This document shows, in pieces, positions 49,801 through 64,000 of a stretch of DNA of 64,000 nucleotides (within the stretch, counting starts at the first letter, position 1; each line of letters opens with the position of its first letter). Source of the stretch: Octopus sinensis. Taxonomy: Eukaryota. The notes under the pieces are model-generated. The model was not told where the DNA came from, did not search any database, and saw nothing but the letters and a program-made list of their open reading frames with translations. Location: NCBI RefSeq assembly GCF_006345805.1, contig NC_043025.1, forward strand, positions 3,906,001 through 3,970,000, in the 5' to 3' direction. Both the position numbers and the translations under genes were made by a program.

Positions 49801-52800
49801 TCGATGCCAGCACCTCCTGTCTGGCCCCTGTGCCGGTGGCATGTAAAAAGCACCATCCGAACGTGGTCGATGCCAGCACCTCCTGTCTGGGCCCTGTGCT
49901 GGTGGCATGTAAAAAGCACCATCCGAACGTGGTCGATGCCAGCACCTCTGTCTGGGCCCTGTGCCGGTGGCATGTAAAAAGCACCATCCGAACGTGGTCG
50001 ATGCCAGCACCTCCTGTCTGGGCCCTGTGCTGGTGGCATGTAAAAAGCACCATCCGAACGTGGTCGATGCCAGCACCTCCTGTCTGGGCCCTGTGCCGGT
50101 GGCATGTAAAAAGCACCATCCGAACGTGGTCGATGCCAGCACCTCCTATCTGGGTCCTGTGCCAGTGGCATGTATAAAGCACCATCCGAACGTGGTCGAT
50201 GCCAGCATCTCCTGTCTGGGCCTGTGCTGGTGGCATGTAAAAAGCACCATCCGAACCTGGTCGATGCCAGCACCTCCTGTCTGGGACCTGTGCTGGTGGC
50301 ATGTAAAAAGCACCATCCGAACGTGGTCGATGCCAGCACCACCTGTCTGGGCCCTGTGCCGGTGGCATGTAAAAAGCACCATCCGAACGTGGTCGATGCC
50401 AGCACCTCCTGTCTGGGCCCTGTGCCGGTGGCATGTAAAAAGCACCATCCGAACGTGGTCGATGCCAGCACCACCTGTCTGGCCCCTGTGCCGGTGGCAT
50501 GTAAAAAAGCACCATCCGAACGTGGTCGATGCCAGCACCTCCTGTCTGGGCCCTGTGCCGGTGGCATGTAAAAAGCACCATCCGAACGTGGTCGATGCCA
50601 GCCCTCCTGTATGGGCCCTGTGCCGGTGGCATGTAAAAAAGCACCATCCGAACGTGGTCGATGCCAGCACCACCTGTCTGGCCCTGTGCCGTGGCATGTA
50701 AAAAGCACCATCCGAACGTGGTCGATGCCAGCACCTCCTGTCTGGGCCCTGTGCCGGTGGCATGTAAAAAGCACCATCCGAACGTGGTCGATGCCAGCAC
50801 CTCCTGTCTGGGCCCTGTGCGGTGGCATGTAAAAAGCACCATCCGAACGTGGTCGATGCCAGCACCTCTGTCTGGGCCCTGTGCTGGTGGCATGTAAAAA
50901 GCACCATCCGAACGTGGTCGATGCCAGCACCTCCTGTCTGGGCCCTGTGCCGGTGGCATGTAAAAAAGCACCATCCGAACGTGGTCGATGCCAGCACCTC
51001 CTGTCTGGGCCCTGTGCTGGTGGCATGTAAAAAGCACCATCCGAACGTGGTCGATGCCAGCACCACCTGTCTGGGCCCTGTGCTGGTGGCATGTAAAAAG
51101 CACCATCCGAACGTGGTCGATGCCAGCACCTCCTGTCTGGGCCCTGTGCCGGTGGCATGTAAAAGCACCATCCGAACGTGGTCGATGCCAGCACCACCTG
51201 TCTGGGCCCTGTGCTGGTGGCATGTAAAAAGCACCATCCGAACGTGGTCGATGCCAGCACCACCTGTCTGGGCCTGTGCTGGTGGCATGTAAAAAGCACC
51301 ATCCGAACGTGGTCGATGCCAGCACCTCCTGTCTGGGCCCTGTGCTGGTGGCATGTAAAAAGCACCATCCGAACGTGGTCGATGCCAGCAGCACCTGTCT
51401 GGGCCCTGTGCCGGTGGCATGTAAAAAGCACCATCCGAACGTGGTCGATGCCAGCACCTCCTGTATGGGCCCTGTGCCGGTGGCATGTAAAAAGCACCAT
51501 CCGAACGTGGTCGATGCTAGCACGTCCTGTCTGGGCCCTGTGCCGGTGGCATGTAAAAAGCACCATCCGAACGTGGTCGATGCCAGCACCTCCTGTCTGG
51601 GCCCTGTGCCGGTGGCATGTAAAAAGCACCATCCGAACGTGGTCGATGCCAGCACCTCCTGTCTGGGCCCTGTGCCGGTGGCATGTAAAAAGCACCATCC
51701 GAACGTGGTCGATGCCAGCACCACCTGTCTGGCCCTGTGCTGGTGGCATGTAAAAAGCACCATCCGAACGTGGTCGATGCCAGCACCACCTGTCTGGGCC
51801 CTGTGCTGGTGGCATGTAAAAAGCACCATCCGAACGTGGTCGATGCCAGCACCTCCTGTCTGGGCCCTGTGCTGGTGGCATGTAAAAAGCACCATCCGAA
51901 CGTGGTCGATGCCAGCAGCACCTGTCTGGGCCCTGTGCTGGTGGCATGTAAAAAGCACCATCCGAACGTGGTCGATGCCAGCACCACCTGTCTGGGCCCT
52001 GTGCTGGTGGCATGTAAAAAGCACCATCCGAAACGTGGTCGATTGCCAGCACCACTGGTCGCCCTGTGCCGGTGGCATGTAAAAAGCACCATCCGAACGT
52101 GGTCGATGCCAGCACCACTGTCTGGGCCCTGTGCTGGTGGCATGTAAAAAGCACCATCCGAACGTGGTCGATGCCAGCACCACCTGTCTGGGCCCTGTGC
52201 TGGTGGCATGTAAAAAGCACCATCCGAACGTGGTCGATGCCAGCACCTCCTGTCTGGGCCCTGTGCTGGTGGCATGTAAAAAGCACCATCCGAACGTGGT
52301 CGATGCCAGCACCACCTGTCTGGGCCCTGTGCTGGTGGCATGTATAAAAAGCACCATCCGAACGTGGTCGATGCCAGCACCTCCTGTCTGGCCCCTGTGC
52401 CGGTGGCATGTAAAAAGCACCATCCGAACGTGGTCGATGCCAGCACCTCCTGTCTGGGGCCCTGTGCTGGTGGCATGTAAAAAGCACCATCCGAACGTGG
52501 TCGATGCCAGCACCTCCTGTCTGGGCCCTGTGCCCGGTGGCATGTAAAAAGCACCATCCGAACGTGGTCGATGCCAGCACCTCCTGTCTGGCCCTGTGCC
52601 GGTGGCATGTAAAAAGCACCATCCGAAACGTGGTCGATGCCAGCACCACCTGTCTGGCCCCTGTGCCGGTGGCATGTAAAAAGCACCATCCGAACGTGGT
52701 CGATGCCAGCACCTCCTGTCTGGCCCCTGTGCCGGTGGCATGTAAAAAGCACCATCCGAACGTGGTCGATGCCAGCACCACCTGTCTGGCCCCTGTGCCC

Positions 52801-52985
52801 GGTGGCATGTAAAAAGCACCATCCGAACGTGGTCGATGCCAGCACCACCTGTCTGGGCCCTGTGTGCTGGTGGCATGTAAAAAGCACCATCCGAACGTGG
52901 TCGATGCCAGCACCACCTGTCTGGGCCCTGTGCTGGTGGCATGTAAAAAGCACCATCCGAACGTGGTCGATGCCAGCACCTCCTA
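46847..52985 (-). repeat. 66-bp satellite, about 93 units, inverted
   Basis: Same unit on the minus strand, with many 65- and 67-bp units caused by single-base indels. Confidence 0.97.
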
Positions 52986-53167
52986 TACATACATAACATA
53001 CCATACATAGATACATACACACACACATACATACACACACAATACATACACACATACACACATACATACATACCAAATACATACATACACACATACACAC
53101 ATACACACACACACATACATACATACATACATACATACATACACACATACATACACACATATACATA

Positions 53168-55145
53168 TAATAATGTTAGTCCTTCGGGTTCGAAGATGAC
53201 CATTGACAATTTGGTGGAATTCTGTTATGAGACCGGAGGTGGTTGGTGAGGCCAATCCGGGCAAAAGCCCCTCCCACAGATGGGGCAAAGAGGGCAGAAG
53301 TGGGTAGGGGCTGTGCTATTGGTGCAGGTGGCTCTGGCTTTCCGCATCTGGCGTTTCTGTTCTGCTGACTGAATCCGTCTCTCCTCGGTTGTCTTTGCTC
53401 CTGTGGTGATCGCGCTGCGCCAGGATGAGCGGTCGGCAGCAAGTGTCTCCCAAGTCTCTGTGCCGATGGAGAAGTCATTGAGAGAGACTTTGAGACTGTC
53501 CTTGATGTGCTTCTGCCCTCCGATTTTGCGTTTCCCTGGCTGAGTTCACTATAGAAAAGCTTGTTTTGGGATGTGAGTGTCGGACATGCAGGAGACGTGG
53601 CCTGCCCATCTCAGCTGGGCCTTGCGCATGATCGTGATGGTGCTAGGGAGATCTGCCTGCTTCAGAACTTCCGTGTCTGGGACTTGTCTTGCCAGCAGAT
53701 GTGAAGGAGGTTCCAAAGACACCTGAGGTGGAAGTGGTTTATCTGGTGCTCGTGCCTTCGGTAAGCAGGCACATCTCGAAGCCATATAGTAGGGTGGTAA
53801 GCACGACTGCCCAGTAGACTTTCAGCCTGGTGTTGAGGGCTGATTCCTCTCCGCTCCCAGACTTTCCTTCGCAGTCTCCCAAACGCGCTGCTTGCCTTGG
53901 AGATTCTGTTGATGATTTCAGCACCTATGTTGGCATGCAGGAGAGAGTTTTCCACCGCTCGTAGGATCCGTCGTTCACCTTAATTGAGGCTCATGGTATT
54001 GTTGCCAGGGGCTGGCTCTGAAACATCACTTCAGTTTTCTTGACACTGATGGTGAGACCAAAGTTGTCACACAGCTGATGAGAACCTGTCCATCCCAAGC
54101 TGCATCTCCTGCTCATCGATGCATTAAGGGCGCAGTCGTCAGCAAAGAGAAAGTCTCTGACGACTGTCTCTCTCACCTTGTGACGGCCTGCAATCTTCTG
54201 GAGTTGAAAAGTTTCCCGTCTGTCCTGTACTTGATGTCGATACCGGACTTGCAGTCCCTAAAGGCGTCGGACAGCATTGCCGAGAACATGATGCTGAACA
54301 GTGTTGGGGGCCAGGACACAGCCCTGCCTGACTCCGTTGGTCACCTGGAAGACTTCAGATGAGTTGCCATCTTCAAGGACTCTGGCTGTCATTCCGTCGT
54401 GGAACTGGCGGACAATTGCAATAAATTTGCTGGGGCAACCAAATTTTCCCATGACCTTCCAGAGTCCCTCTCGACTGACTGTATCGAAAGCCTGGTGAGG
54501 TCAACAAGGTCATGCAGAGGTCAAGGTGCTGCTCCATGCATTTCTCCTGGAGCTGGCGGGCGGCGAATATCATGTCAGTGGTCCCTCGACCCGCGCGGAA
54601 AGCCACACTGGCTCTCAGGGAGAAAAGCCTTGCTCCAAGTGTTCCAAGTGTTCCAGATCACCCCCCCTGCTCAGCTCGGATGGAACCTCACTCCTGACTA
54701 ACAAGAGGCTGATCCTGGAGAGATGGGCGGAGCATTTCAACATTGTGCTCAACCCGACCAGCCCAGATCAATGAAGAAGCCATCGCACGACTCCCCAGGT
54801 GCCGACAAAACCATGAGCTGGCTGTTCCCCCTGCAGTCGAGGAAGGGAGCAGAGCCATAAAAAAAAATGTCCACCGGCAAAGCTCCAGGCTCTGACGCCA
54901 TCCCTGCAGATGTGTTCAAGTCGGGCGGCCCCACCATGATCAGTCAGCTCACCAGCCTGTTCCAGTCGATGTGGGACAGGGAACAACTCCCTCAAGATTT
55001 CCGGGACGCAACAATCGTCCACATTTATAAGCGGAAAGGAGATCGGCAGTCCTGCGACAACCACCGAGATATCTCCCTCTTGTCCATAGCAGGTAAGATC
55101 CTGGCCCGAGTCCTGCTTGACCGCCTTCTGGAACACTTGGAACAC
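53168..55145 (-). mobile_element. Mirror copy of the 5'-inverted RTE LINE
   Basis: Reverse complement of 12866-14840 with additional frameshifts. Confidence 0.9.
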
Positions 55146-55181
55146 ACATACATACATACACACATACATACATACATACAT

Positions 55182-55235
<54 letters not shown>

Positions 55236-56384
55236 ATACATACATACATACATACATACATACATACATACATACATACATACAACATACATACACACAC
55301 ACATACATACATACACACATACACACATACATACACACATACATACAAACACTACATACATACATACATACACACATACATACATACATACATACATACA
55401 TACATAATACACACACACACACCACACATACATACATGATACATACATACATACATACATACATACATACACAATACATACATACATACATATATACATA
55501 CATATATACATATATACATACATACATACATACATACATACATACTACATACAAACCACATTTACATACATACATACATACACACATACATACATACATA
55601 CATAATATATACATACATACATACATATATACATACATACATACATACACACATATACATACATACATACACACACACATACATACATACACACATACAT
55701 ACATACATACATATATACATACATACATACATATATACATACATACATACATACATACATACATACATACATACAAACACACATACATACATACATACAT
55801 ACATACACACATACATACATACATACATATATACATACATACATACATATATACATACATCCACACATACATACATACATACACACACATACATACACAC
55901 ATACACACACATACATACATACATATATGTATATGGGAGGGTGCTAAACAGTTCTGGCTTTGGGGTAAAAGAGGATACAGGAGGATCAGTTCATTATGAT
56001 TTATTCAACTTATTCCCCTCTCAGATTCAAACATTGCAGCGGCCTTTCAGGCTTTCTAAGCCCTGTAAAGGAACCCAAAAGATTGGGTCTTCCAACCAGG
56101 CCTTGTGTGATATCCTTAAGCCCAGGAACTTTCCAGCAATCCCTCAAATATATATATGTGTATACATACACACACATACGCACACAGACACATTAGATCA
56201 TCAAGTATGAAATTGTAGTAAGGTATTTGGTAAACTTTGACAGCTGCTCATTTTGCGCCATTATTATATTTTGACAATCGTTATTTTTTGTTTAGAATGA
56301 TGACACATCTGTCTCTTTATTCTAACTCATTCTGCTCTTATAAACTATTTATAAATCGTTTTTTGCTGTTTCTGTTTAGAGATG

Positions 56385-57785
56385 GATAAGTCAGAAATTC
56401 ATACAGTTTTGAAATATGAGTTCTTTCTTGCAAATACAGCATCACAGACAGCTCGGAATATTAATGGAGTATTTCATTCTAATGTATTACACAGCAGACA
56501 GTATCAAATTGGTTTGCAAAATTTTGTTCTGATAACTTGACCTCAAAATGAGTAACGCAGTCGACCAGAAACAAAGGTGGATAATGACAATCTGAAAGCC
56601 CCCGTCGAGTCAGATCCATCTCAAAGTACCTGTGAATTATCATTGTTGCTTAGTGTTAGCAAGCAAACAATATTGACTCACCTAGTTCAAATCGGTAAAA
56701 CTGGAAAAGCTGGACAAGTGGGGTCCACATGAACTCAATGAAAATCAGAAGAAACAGCAACGTTTAGAAGTCTGCATTATGCTACTTTCTCGTCACAAAA
56801 ATTAATAATTTTAAATTGAATTGTAACCTGTGACAAGAAATGGATCTAGTACAACAACCAAATGTTCAGCACAATTGTTGGACAAAGATGAGCCACCAAA
56901 AACACAGTCGAAAAAGCAAAATTCATCAAAAGAAGCTGATCATCATCATCATCATTGTTCGACCGTGGTCAAGACAATGGAATTTACCATGCTACGCCAG
57001 ACTTCATGGTCCATCATGGCATTACGGGAGGTCCTGATGCTGGATGCCTGTATCCCTGGAGATTACGTCAGAGTAGGAGAGTGTGTGCCCTCTGGTATTG
57101 CGAGCAGATGGCTTCCAGAGGAGAAGAGTAGAAATTGCCTCGTTTTCAGCTCTACAACAATGTCCAGCAAACTGGACTCTCCTACCTTTCACAAGAGATG
57201 ACGCAGGTGGTTAGTTTCCCATATATTTGCATTTTGGTTGGATGGCGCTTCCACGAGAGATTTTGAGCTCTCATAAGGAGGCAAGTGAAAGGTTCCATCC
57301 AACCGCCTATCAAGCTTCTTTGATAACGTCCAGGTTTCTGAGCCATAGAGTAGAATGGTTCGACTGTGGCTTTGAAGATTTCAAGTTTGAAGTCTCTACT
57401 TAGATTTGATGGCCAGATCTTATGCATGTCATTACAGGCTGACCAGGACATACCCTTTCTAGTTAGAAAATCTTTCCAGATGATGATATCTATGACCCAA
57501 GATATTTGTAATCAGAAAGCGAAGAAGCTGATGGTGTGTGTTTGTGTGCAGAAATATACAAAAAAACAGCCTAGATTAGTCAACAGACCCACTCCTATTT
57601 TATTGCAAGACAACGCCAGACCACACATCGCAAAAATGACATTGGTGAAAACTACAGGATTTAGAGTTGGAGGTTCTCCATCATCCACCAAACTCATTGG
57701 TCTTGTCCCCACTGACAACCATTTCTTCCAGAATTTGGATAATGTTTTGATAGGAAAAAAATTTAATTCTGATGAGGCCCACTTA
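56385..57785 (+). pseudogene. Mirror copy of the mariner relic with its nested RTE fragment
   Basis: Reverse complement of 10228-11630. Confidence 0.88.
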
Positions 57786-58558
57786 AGATATATGCACGGG
57801 AGTCATACCCCCGTAACCTCGGGCCAGAAGCTAACAACAATTTCCCTGAACTCTTGCGGGGGTCACCATGTCCATCCCAACTGAAGCCCCAAAGCAAAAA
57901 TTCCAACACACACTAGTTGTTCTTTGCTCAGATGCTCTCCTCCATGCTGTCCTTCTGGCAAGGCCCTTGACCATTCATATGTCATCACTAACCCTATACT
58001 TCCGGCCCTCTCCCACATCTTTGCCATATATACAAATACATTATGTGTGGTAAGCAGCTTGCTTCCCAACCACATAGTTCCGGGTTCAGTCCCACTGCGT
58101 GGCACCTTGGGAAAGTGTCTTCTGCTATAGCCCCAGGCTGACCAAAACCTTGTGAGTGGCTTTGGTAGATGGAAACTGAAAGATGCCCGTCAAATATATA
58201 TATATTATTTAATTTTAAAAAAAAATTTCATCTAGTTTCAGCTCACGAGCTGTGGCCATGCGGGGAACCGCCATTTGGTGTTGCTACATGATTTTACTTC
58301 ACGAATGCGTTTTAGCAATTGCCATTTGGTGCATGAGAGAGTTCGATGCAGCTGCCCTCATCACCTCCTGCCGTGAAGTTGGTTCATCTGGGACACCTGA
58401 CAGGAAGAGATCCAGTTTTATTTTAATGACATCTGCATCCACCCCATGCAGGTCTCTCAGGTTCTTCGGGAGGATATTGAAGAGCTGTGGGCCTTGGAAG
58501 CCCAGGCTATCACAGTATCTTGTCCTACATCTTGATGGCAAATTGGATATATATATGA

Positions 58559-58592
<34 letters not shown>

Positions 58593-58600
58593 TCATCCTT

Positions 58601-58635
<35 letters not shown>

Positions 58636-58653
58636 CATTGTATCATCATCCTT

Positions 58654-58711
<58 letters not shown>

Positions 58712-58773
58712 AACGCATTGTGACCAGCGATGTGTAACATCTGATGGTCTGGTCGATCACGTGATCACGTGAT

Positions 58774-58804
<31 letters not shown>

Positions 58805-58827
58805 ATGTGTATGTATGTATATATATG

Positions 58828-58858
<31 letters not shown>

Positions 58859-61800
58859 GTAGTATATATTGTAGTTATATCTGTGTGTGTGTCTCCACGT
58901 GTCGGTGGTTGTCTCCCATCACTGCTTGACAACTGGTATTGGTGTTTATGTTCCCATGACTTAGCAGTTCTGCAAAAGGGACGAAAATAAGGGCGGATTC
59001 AATTCATTTGACTAAAACAAATTGTTCAAGGCTATCACTTGGGGGCCGGTGCTTTTTTTTTGACATCCCTATAATATAGGGGTTTGTGAAAGGAGATTGA
59101 TAAAAGAAAAAAAAAAGAAATGGCCTGTGTGGTAAGTAGCTTGTTTACCAACCACATGGTTCCGGGTTCAGTCCTACTGCGTGGCACCTTGGGCAAGTGT
59201 CTTCTGTTATAGCCCTGGGCCGACCAAAGCCTTGTGAGTGGATTTGGTAGACAGAAACTGAAAGAAGCCCGTCGTATATATGTATGTATATATATAGTAT
59301 GTATGTATATATGTGTGTATGTGTTTGTGTGTCTGTGTTTGTTCCCCTAGCATTGCTTGACAACCGATGCTGGTGTGTTTACGTCCCCGTCACTTAGCGG
59401 TTCGGCAAAAGAGACGATTAGAATAAGTACTGGGCTTACAAAGAATAAGTCCGGGGTCGAGTTGCTCGACTGAAGGCGGTGCTCCAGCATGGCCGCAGGT
59501 CAAATGACTGAACAAGTAAAAGTAAAAGTGTAAAGAGTAAGAGTCTTTCAAAAATAAGCCCGGGGTTGGTTTGTTGACTAAAACCCTTCAAGGTAGTGTG
59601 CTCCAGCGTGGCCACAGTCTAATGACTGAAAAAATACAAATTTGGTCAAAAGGAATATAGAACTGAAAGCATTATATATGTATATATTAGTTTTATTATC
59701 AATCAGCTGAAATTACAGAGTGACTCAAAGGGACGAAAGTTTCATGCCTTGGTAGCACTTAGAAACTGGCTTCAAATTATGAGGATTACTTTCACACAGT
59801 CTGCCTAAAATAATAATTCTCTGGATTATTCTAGAATAAATTGTAAAAGCAATTACAAAGTCAAATTTTTTTATAATCGTTTTGCCGTTTGATAATGAAT
59901 AAAAAGGAAATATTAAAGTAATGTTAGAGGAAGGAGTTACACGCAATATTTTCATATACACACACACAACACACACAACACACACATAAACATAATGTTT
60001 CTTTATTACCCACAAGGGGCTAAACATAGAGGGGACAAACAAGGACAGACAAGCGGATTAAGTCGATTACCATCGACCCCAGTGCGTAAACTGGTACTTA
60101 ATTTATCGAATTGAAAGGATGAAGGCAAAGTCGACCTTGGCGGAATTTGAACCCAGAATGTAACGGCTGACGAAATACGGCTTCGCATTTCGCCCAGGTG
60201 CTAACGTTTCTGCCAGCTTGCCGCTTTCGCACATAAACAAATAGACAGCTATTTATATAGGGGGTCAATACACATGTAAAGGTAAACATATTATATATAC
60301 AGGTTATGTGTATAATAGGAAGGGGTGCAGATGTTGCTGGGAGATGAAGGGATAAAAAAGGGCCCAAAAAATCTATGAAAACGGGGACCAGAAACAGGAG
60401 AGGTTTTTTACTGTAGAAGAGTGATGTGACTTCTCATGTCTTGGAAGAGAGAGCAGGAGACTGCTGGAGCTGGAGGGAGATAGGATAGGCATCAAGTTTG
60501 TCAATTTGTAATTAGACAAACGAAATGTAGAGGAGATATCAAAAGTGAATGAAACGAAATAGAGTGGAGGCATCTGTTTTCATCCTCCTCCTCCTCATCA
60601 TCATTTAATGTCCGCTTTCCATGCTAGCATAAGTGGTGATTTAACTGAAGACTGGCGAACCAGACTCCAATCTGATCTGGCAGTGGTTCTACAGCTGGAT
60701 GCCTTCCTAACGCCAACCACTCCGAGAATGTAGAGGGTGCTTTTACGTGCCAATACCTATACGAAATTTAGAGTATATACAAAAATTTTTAAATTGCTGG
60801 TAAAGGACAGAGTATTTTGTTTTGCAACCATAATATGCAACCAAGTATATTAAAGTTAATACAGGTCTTTCCTTTGTGTGTTAGCCAGTGCAATGTTCTC
60901 ATTTTTAGTTTAACTCAATAGATTTTAAACCAAATACAGAGGCAGCTCTGAAAGTTGCAATGTCTCATATACAAATACATTTATGTAATCAGTGTGATCA
61001 AAGATTGAAAAAAATAGGGGATCTTTGATCATATTGTCTACTTAGATATATTCGTGTACGAGACGGTAACCTCACTGCTGGCTCTAGGTTTTTTAGAAAA
61101 TTCTACAAAAATAAATTAAAAAAATGACAAAAAATTGATACGAAAAAGTGATACGAAATTTGGCATAGATATTCATGTTTTAAATTGTTATCTACATGGT
61201 ATGTAGAGGAGTTATCAATTTTGTAAATATATACACTCTAAAGACAATTGCTGTATTTCTTGGCATCATTTCCTAGAATAAGTCTCCAAAATATATCCAA
61301 AAATTCACCATACATTCTAGAAGGTGCATGGTACATTCAAAACCCCAGAAAATGGTTACCTATGCCAGAGTTTCTTGAAATGGGTTCTGAGAATCCTGAT
61401 GGTTATACGAAAAAATTCTGGGGTTCTTTGTGATTAGGGGTCTTTGAATAAAATTTTGAATTTAAAAAATCCTTTTATAAGATTAAATATTATTTCTTGT
61501 CTCTCTACATGATTACCCACCCACTCTTCCATCCACTATTCACAGGAGGATCATGGGGGTAGAATCCTTAGGCCCCTCTTCCATAAGGTCCATCAGAAAG
61601 CATAGGGTCTACTATGTAGCTTCTGGACTGGCTCATACATACATTATAATAGATAAGAGAGTAAGGTGTGATTTGAGGAAGATTTGGCTGCTATTTCTAC
61701 CAGATCAAACCATCACATAGAGAACTCCTCTTCCTTCATATTGAAGAGAGCTGCAGAGGAATGGGAAGAGGAAGGGATGGGGGATGAGGTAGAGAGTTTT

Positions 61801-62274
61801 AGTGAGAAGCGGAATTTTGAAGTGAGGCAGGTAGTGAGGGGGGAATGGTTTGAGATGGGAGGAGTTGGGGTGGAAGGGAAGAGAGGGAGGTAGGGGCGAT
61901 GTGGTATGGTGTGCATAGGGTTGACAACCACCCCTTTCCTGAGTCTGCAAACGCCCTCACTACACACACACACACACACACAAATGTACATATACATACA
62001 TATATACACCCAAACTCCAGTGGTCTGACATACACATACATACACACTTACACACATATATTTATTTGTTCAAGATCAAAGAATTGGAAAGAGTTAATAA
62101 TTATGATATTACGGGCAATATGTTCTTCTTCAGTTTACAGAATATACTGTGGGAAGGCGTAGAAAAAATAACCACGAGAGGAAGGAGAAAGCCCAGGTGA
62201 AATATTCACATGTGTTGGTTATTTACATGGATCACACACACATACACACACACACACACACACACCACACACAC

Positions 62275-62570
62275 TGGAAACATGGGCGTTTCATTCAACA
62301 TCCTTACACAATCCTTATTCAGGGACCTTTAGAGCGGGATGGGCTACTTGACCAGAAGAGAATTCTATCTGGACCCCATCTGCAAGGTCATGCGCTGTTT
62401 ATCTTCATATGAGATCACCATGTCGCGCACATATTGTTGTGATGCATGTGCCTAGTGTACCCTTATCAGACGGGTAGTCATGATGGGTATACTGGGCTTC
62501 GTATATTTTACCCCAGTGTCACTTTGATGGCATGCACTGTTCTCTCACTCAATAATAATAATAATAATAA
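62275..62570 (+). mobile_element. Unclassified retroposon-like fragment with an (AAT)n tail
   Basis: Abuts the end of the right arm and ends ctctcactc(AAT)n. Confidence 0.45.
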
Positions 62571-62795
62571 AGAGAAAAATAATATTAAGGCATGAAAGGG
62601 GAGGGGGGAGGAAGTGGTATTAATAATAAGCAAGTGGAGGGGGGGAAATGTGTGAGGAATAAATTGGCATAAAATTGCTAAGAAGAAAAAAGGGAAGAAA
62701 GAATGCAATTATCATCTCACATTTTTTTTTATAAACTGTTAAAAAAAAAGGTCTTCAAATATTCATGAGGAAAATTCAAAGACCTTAATACATAC

Positions 62796-63170
62796 TCTTT
62801 TACTTGTTTCAGTCATTTGACTGTGGCCATGCTGGAGCACCACCTTTAGTTGAGCAAATTGACTCCAGGACTTATTCTTTGTAAGGCTAGTACTTATTCT
62901 ATCGGTCTCTTTTGCCGAACCGCTAAGTTACAGGGACGAAAACACACCAGCATCGGTTGTCAAGCAATGCTAGGGGGACAAACAGAAACACAAACATATA
63001 TACACACATATACATATATACGACGGGCTTCTTTCAGTTTCCATCTACCAAATCCACTCACAAGGCTTTGGTCGGCCCGAGGCTAAAGTAGAAGACACTT
63101 GCCCAAGGTGCCACGCAGTGGGACTGAACCCTGAACCAGCTACTTACCACACAGCCACTCCTACGCCTAT
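62796..63170 (-). mobile_element. SINE family B
   Basis: Collinear with the other B copies; outside the duplicated arm. Confidence 0.85.
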
Positions 63171-63531
63171 GTATATACACACACACAACTGCTTCATAAC
63201 TTCTGACAAAGTTTTCTCTATTAATATGCATATGTAAGTGTACACAATCACACACACATTTATTCAAATAATTATGCGAACCCCAACACAGACATTTTTT
63301 AATACCTAAAAATCAATAATCCGATTTTATCCTCTTATCTAAAATATTTTTTCATGCTACTCTATTCTGACTCAGACATTTTACGTTAATTCCTTTCTTT
63401 TCTTTTCTTTCTTTTTTTTTTTTTTGTAAGGCAGGCATTATACATCTGTAAATATGGTGTGTGTGTGTGTGTGTTTGTAGTGTAATATATGAATTCATAG
63501 ACTCATACGGCTATCACAGAAAGCTCCTTGA

Positions 63532-64000
63532 GTGCACCCAGCTAGCAGACAACAGAATAATCCAGTACTGAGGGCTACCATGCAGAATGTATATATAAGT
63601 CTATCACTGGCAGAATTGTCCCTTGTGTTAAAAGAAATGCAGACCTTCCACCTTTGGCTATCCACAGGGGACGTCATAACTTTGTTCTGCTCATTGAATA
63701 ATAATAAAAAGGAAAACTCACTTGATACATTTTGACATTAGTAATCCCTACCAGTCGACTAAGCTGGACCTGCTTGATAAAAGCAATCACTCACTTTTGC
63801 AGAGAATTTTACTGATATTCCACCATTAGAGAAAAATATTTTTACTGCAAGGAAAACACTGATGTCTTTCCAAAATAGGACTTGGACCCGATGTGACCTT
63901 CAGGACGACTTTGATGCTACAATGGGAAACTTGGGCTCTGCCCGGGTCATTGATATTGTTGGCCTATTCTTACTTTCAAAAAGTCCATCCCCTCCTCACC
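63532..64000 (+). pseudogene. Penelope-like element reverse transcriptase relic (runs off the window)
   Basis: HLWLSTGDVI.LF, FDI.N.Y.S and ARKTLM.FQN.TW...DFDATMGNLGSARVIDIVGLFLL follow the PLE RT pattern W.ST.DVI.WF, FDI..FYPS, ARKSLLF...W...FDVTMGS.DGAE.C.LVGLY.L; frameshifted. Confidence 0.75.

Larger units (their letters stand above)
46847..62274 (-). repeat. Right arm of the inverted duplication (indel-rich mirror of 5715-21178)
   Basis: Mirror copies of the satellite start, RTE LINE, (TATG)n, MITE, mariner, nested RTE, CR1 fragment and SINEs; differences are mostly small indels. Confidence 0.95.

Noticed and set aside
46782-53209. Mosaic ORFs up to 2125 aa in the right array
   Set aside because: They switch among the three repeat peptides at single-base indels, which is inconsistent with coding constraint.

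Overview
Eukaryotic, AT-rich, repeat-saturated DNA. The SINE families and the (TA)n/(CA)n/(TATG)n density suggest a coleoid cephalopod, probably Octopus (inference). Only one host CDS is credible: an intronless 527-aa Asn/Ser-rich ORF of unrecognised family (4092-5675). The window is dominated by two structures. One is a 19.1-kb array of about 290 copies of a 66-bp unit (15028-34145) that matches an internal module of a dispersed (GAT)n-tailed SINE. The other is a ~15.4-kb inverted copy (46847-62274) of 5715-21178, whose indel-dominated differences suggest an assembly or read artefact. All multi-kilobase ORFs in the track are by-products of the stop-poor 66-bp unit. The rest is nested transposon debris: three SINE families, non-autonomous Helitrons, a 5'-inverted RTE LINE, mariner and maT-like transposase relics, MITEs, CR1-group LINE ends, Penelope-like RT and GIY-YIG relics, and a U6 pseudogene. 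The most notable unannotated signals are minimal type I hammerhead ribozyme folds: one with an intact core (105-195, minus strand) and a head-to-head pair forming an 86-bp-arm palindrome (44887-45065). All alignments and folds were done by eye, and most element boundaries are approximate.
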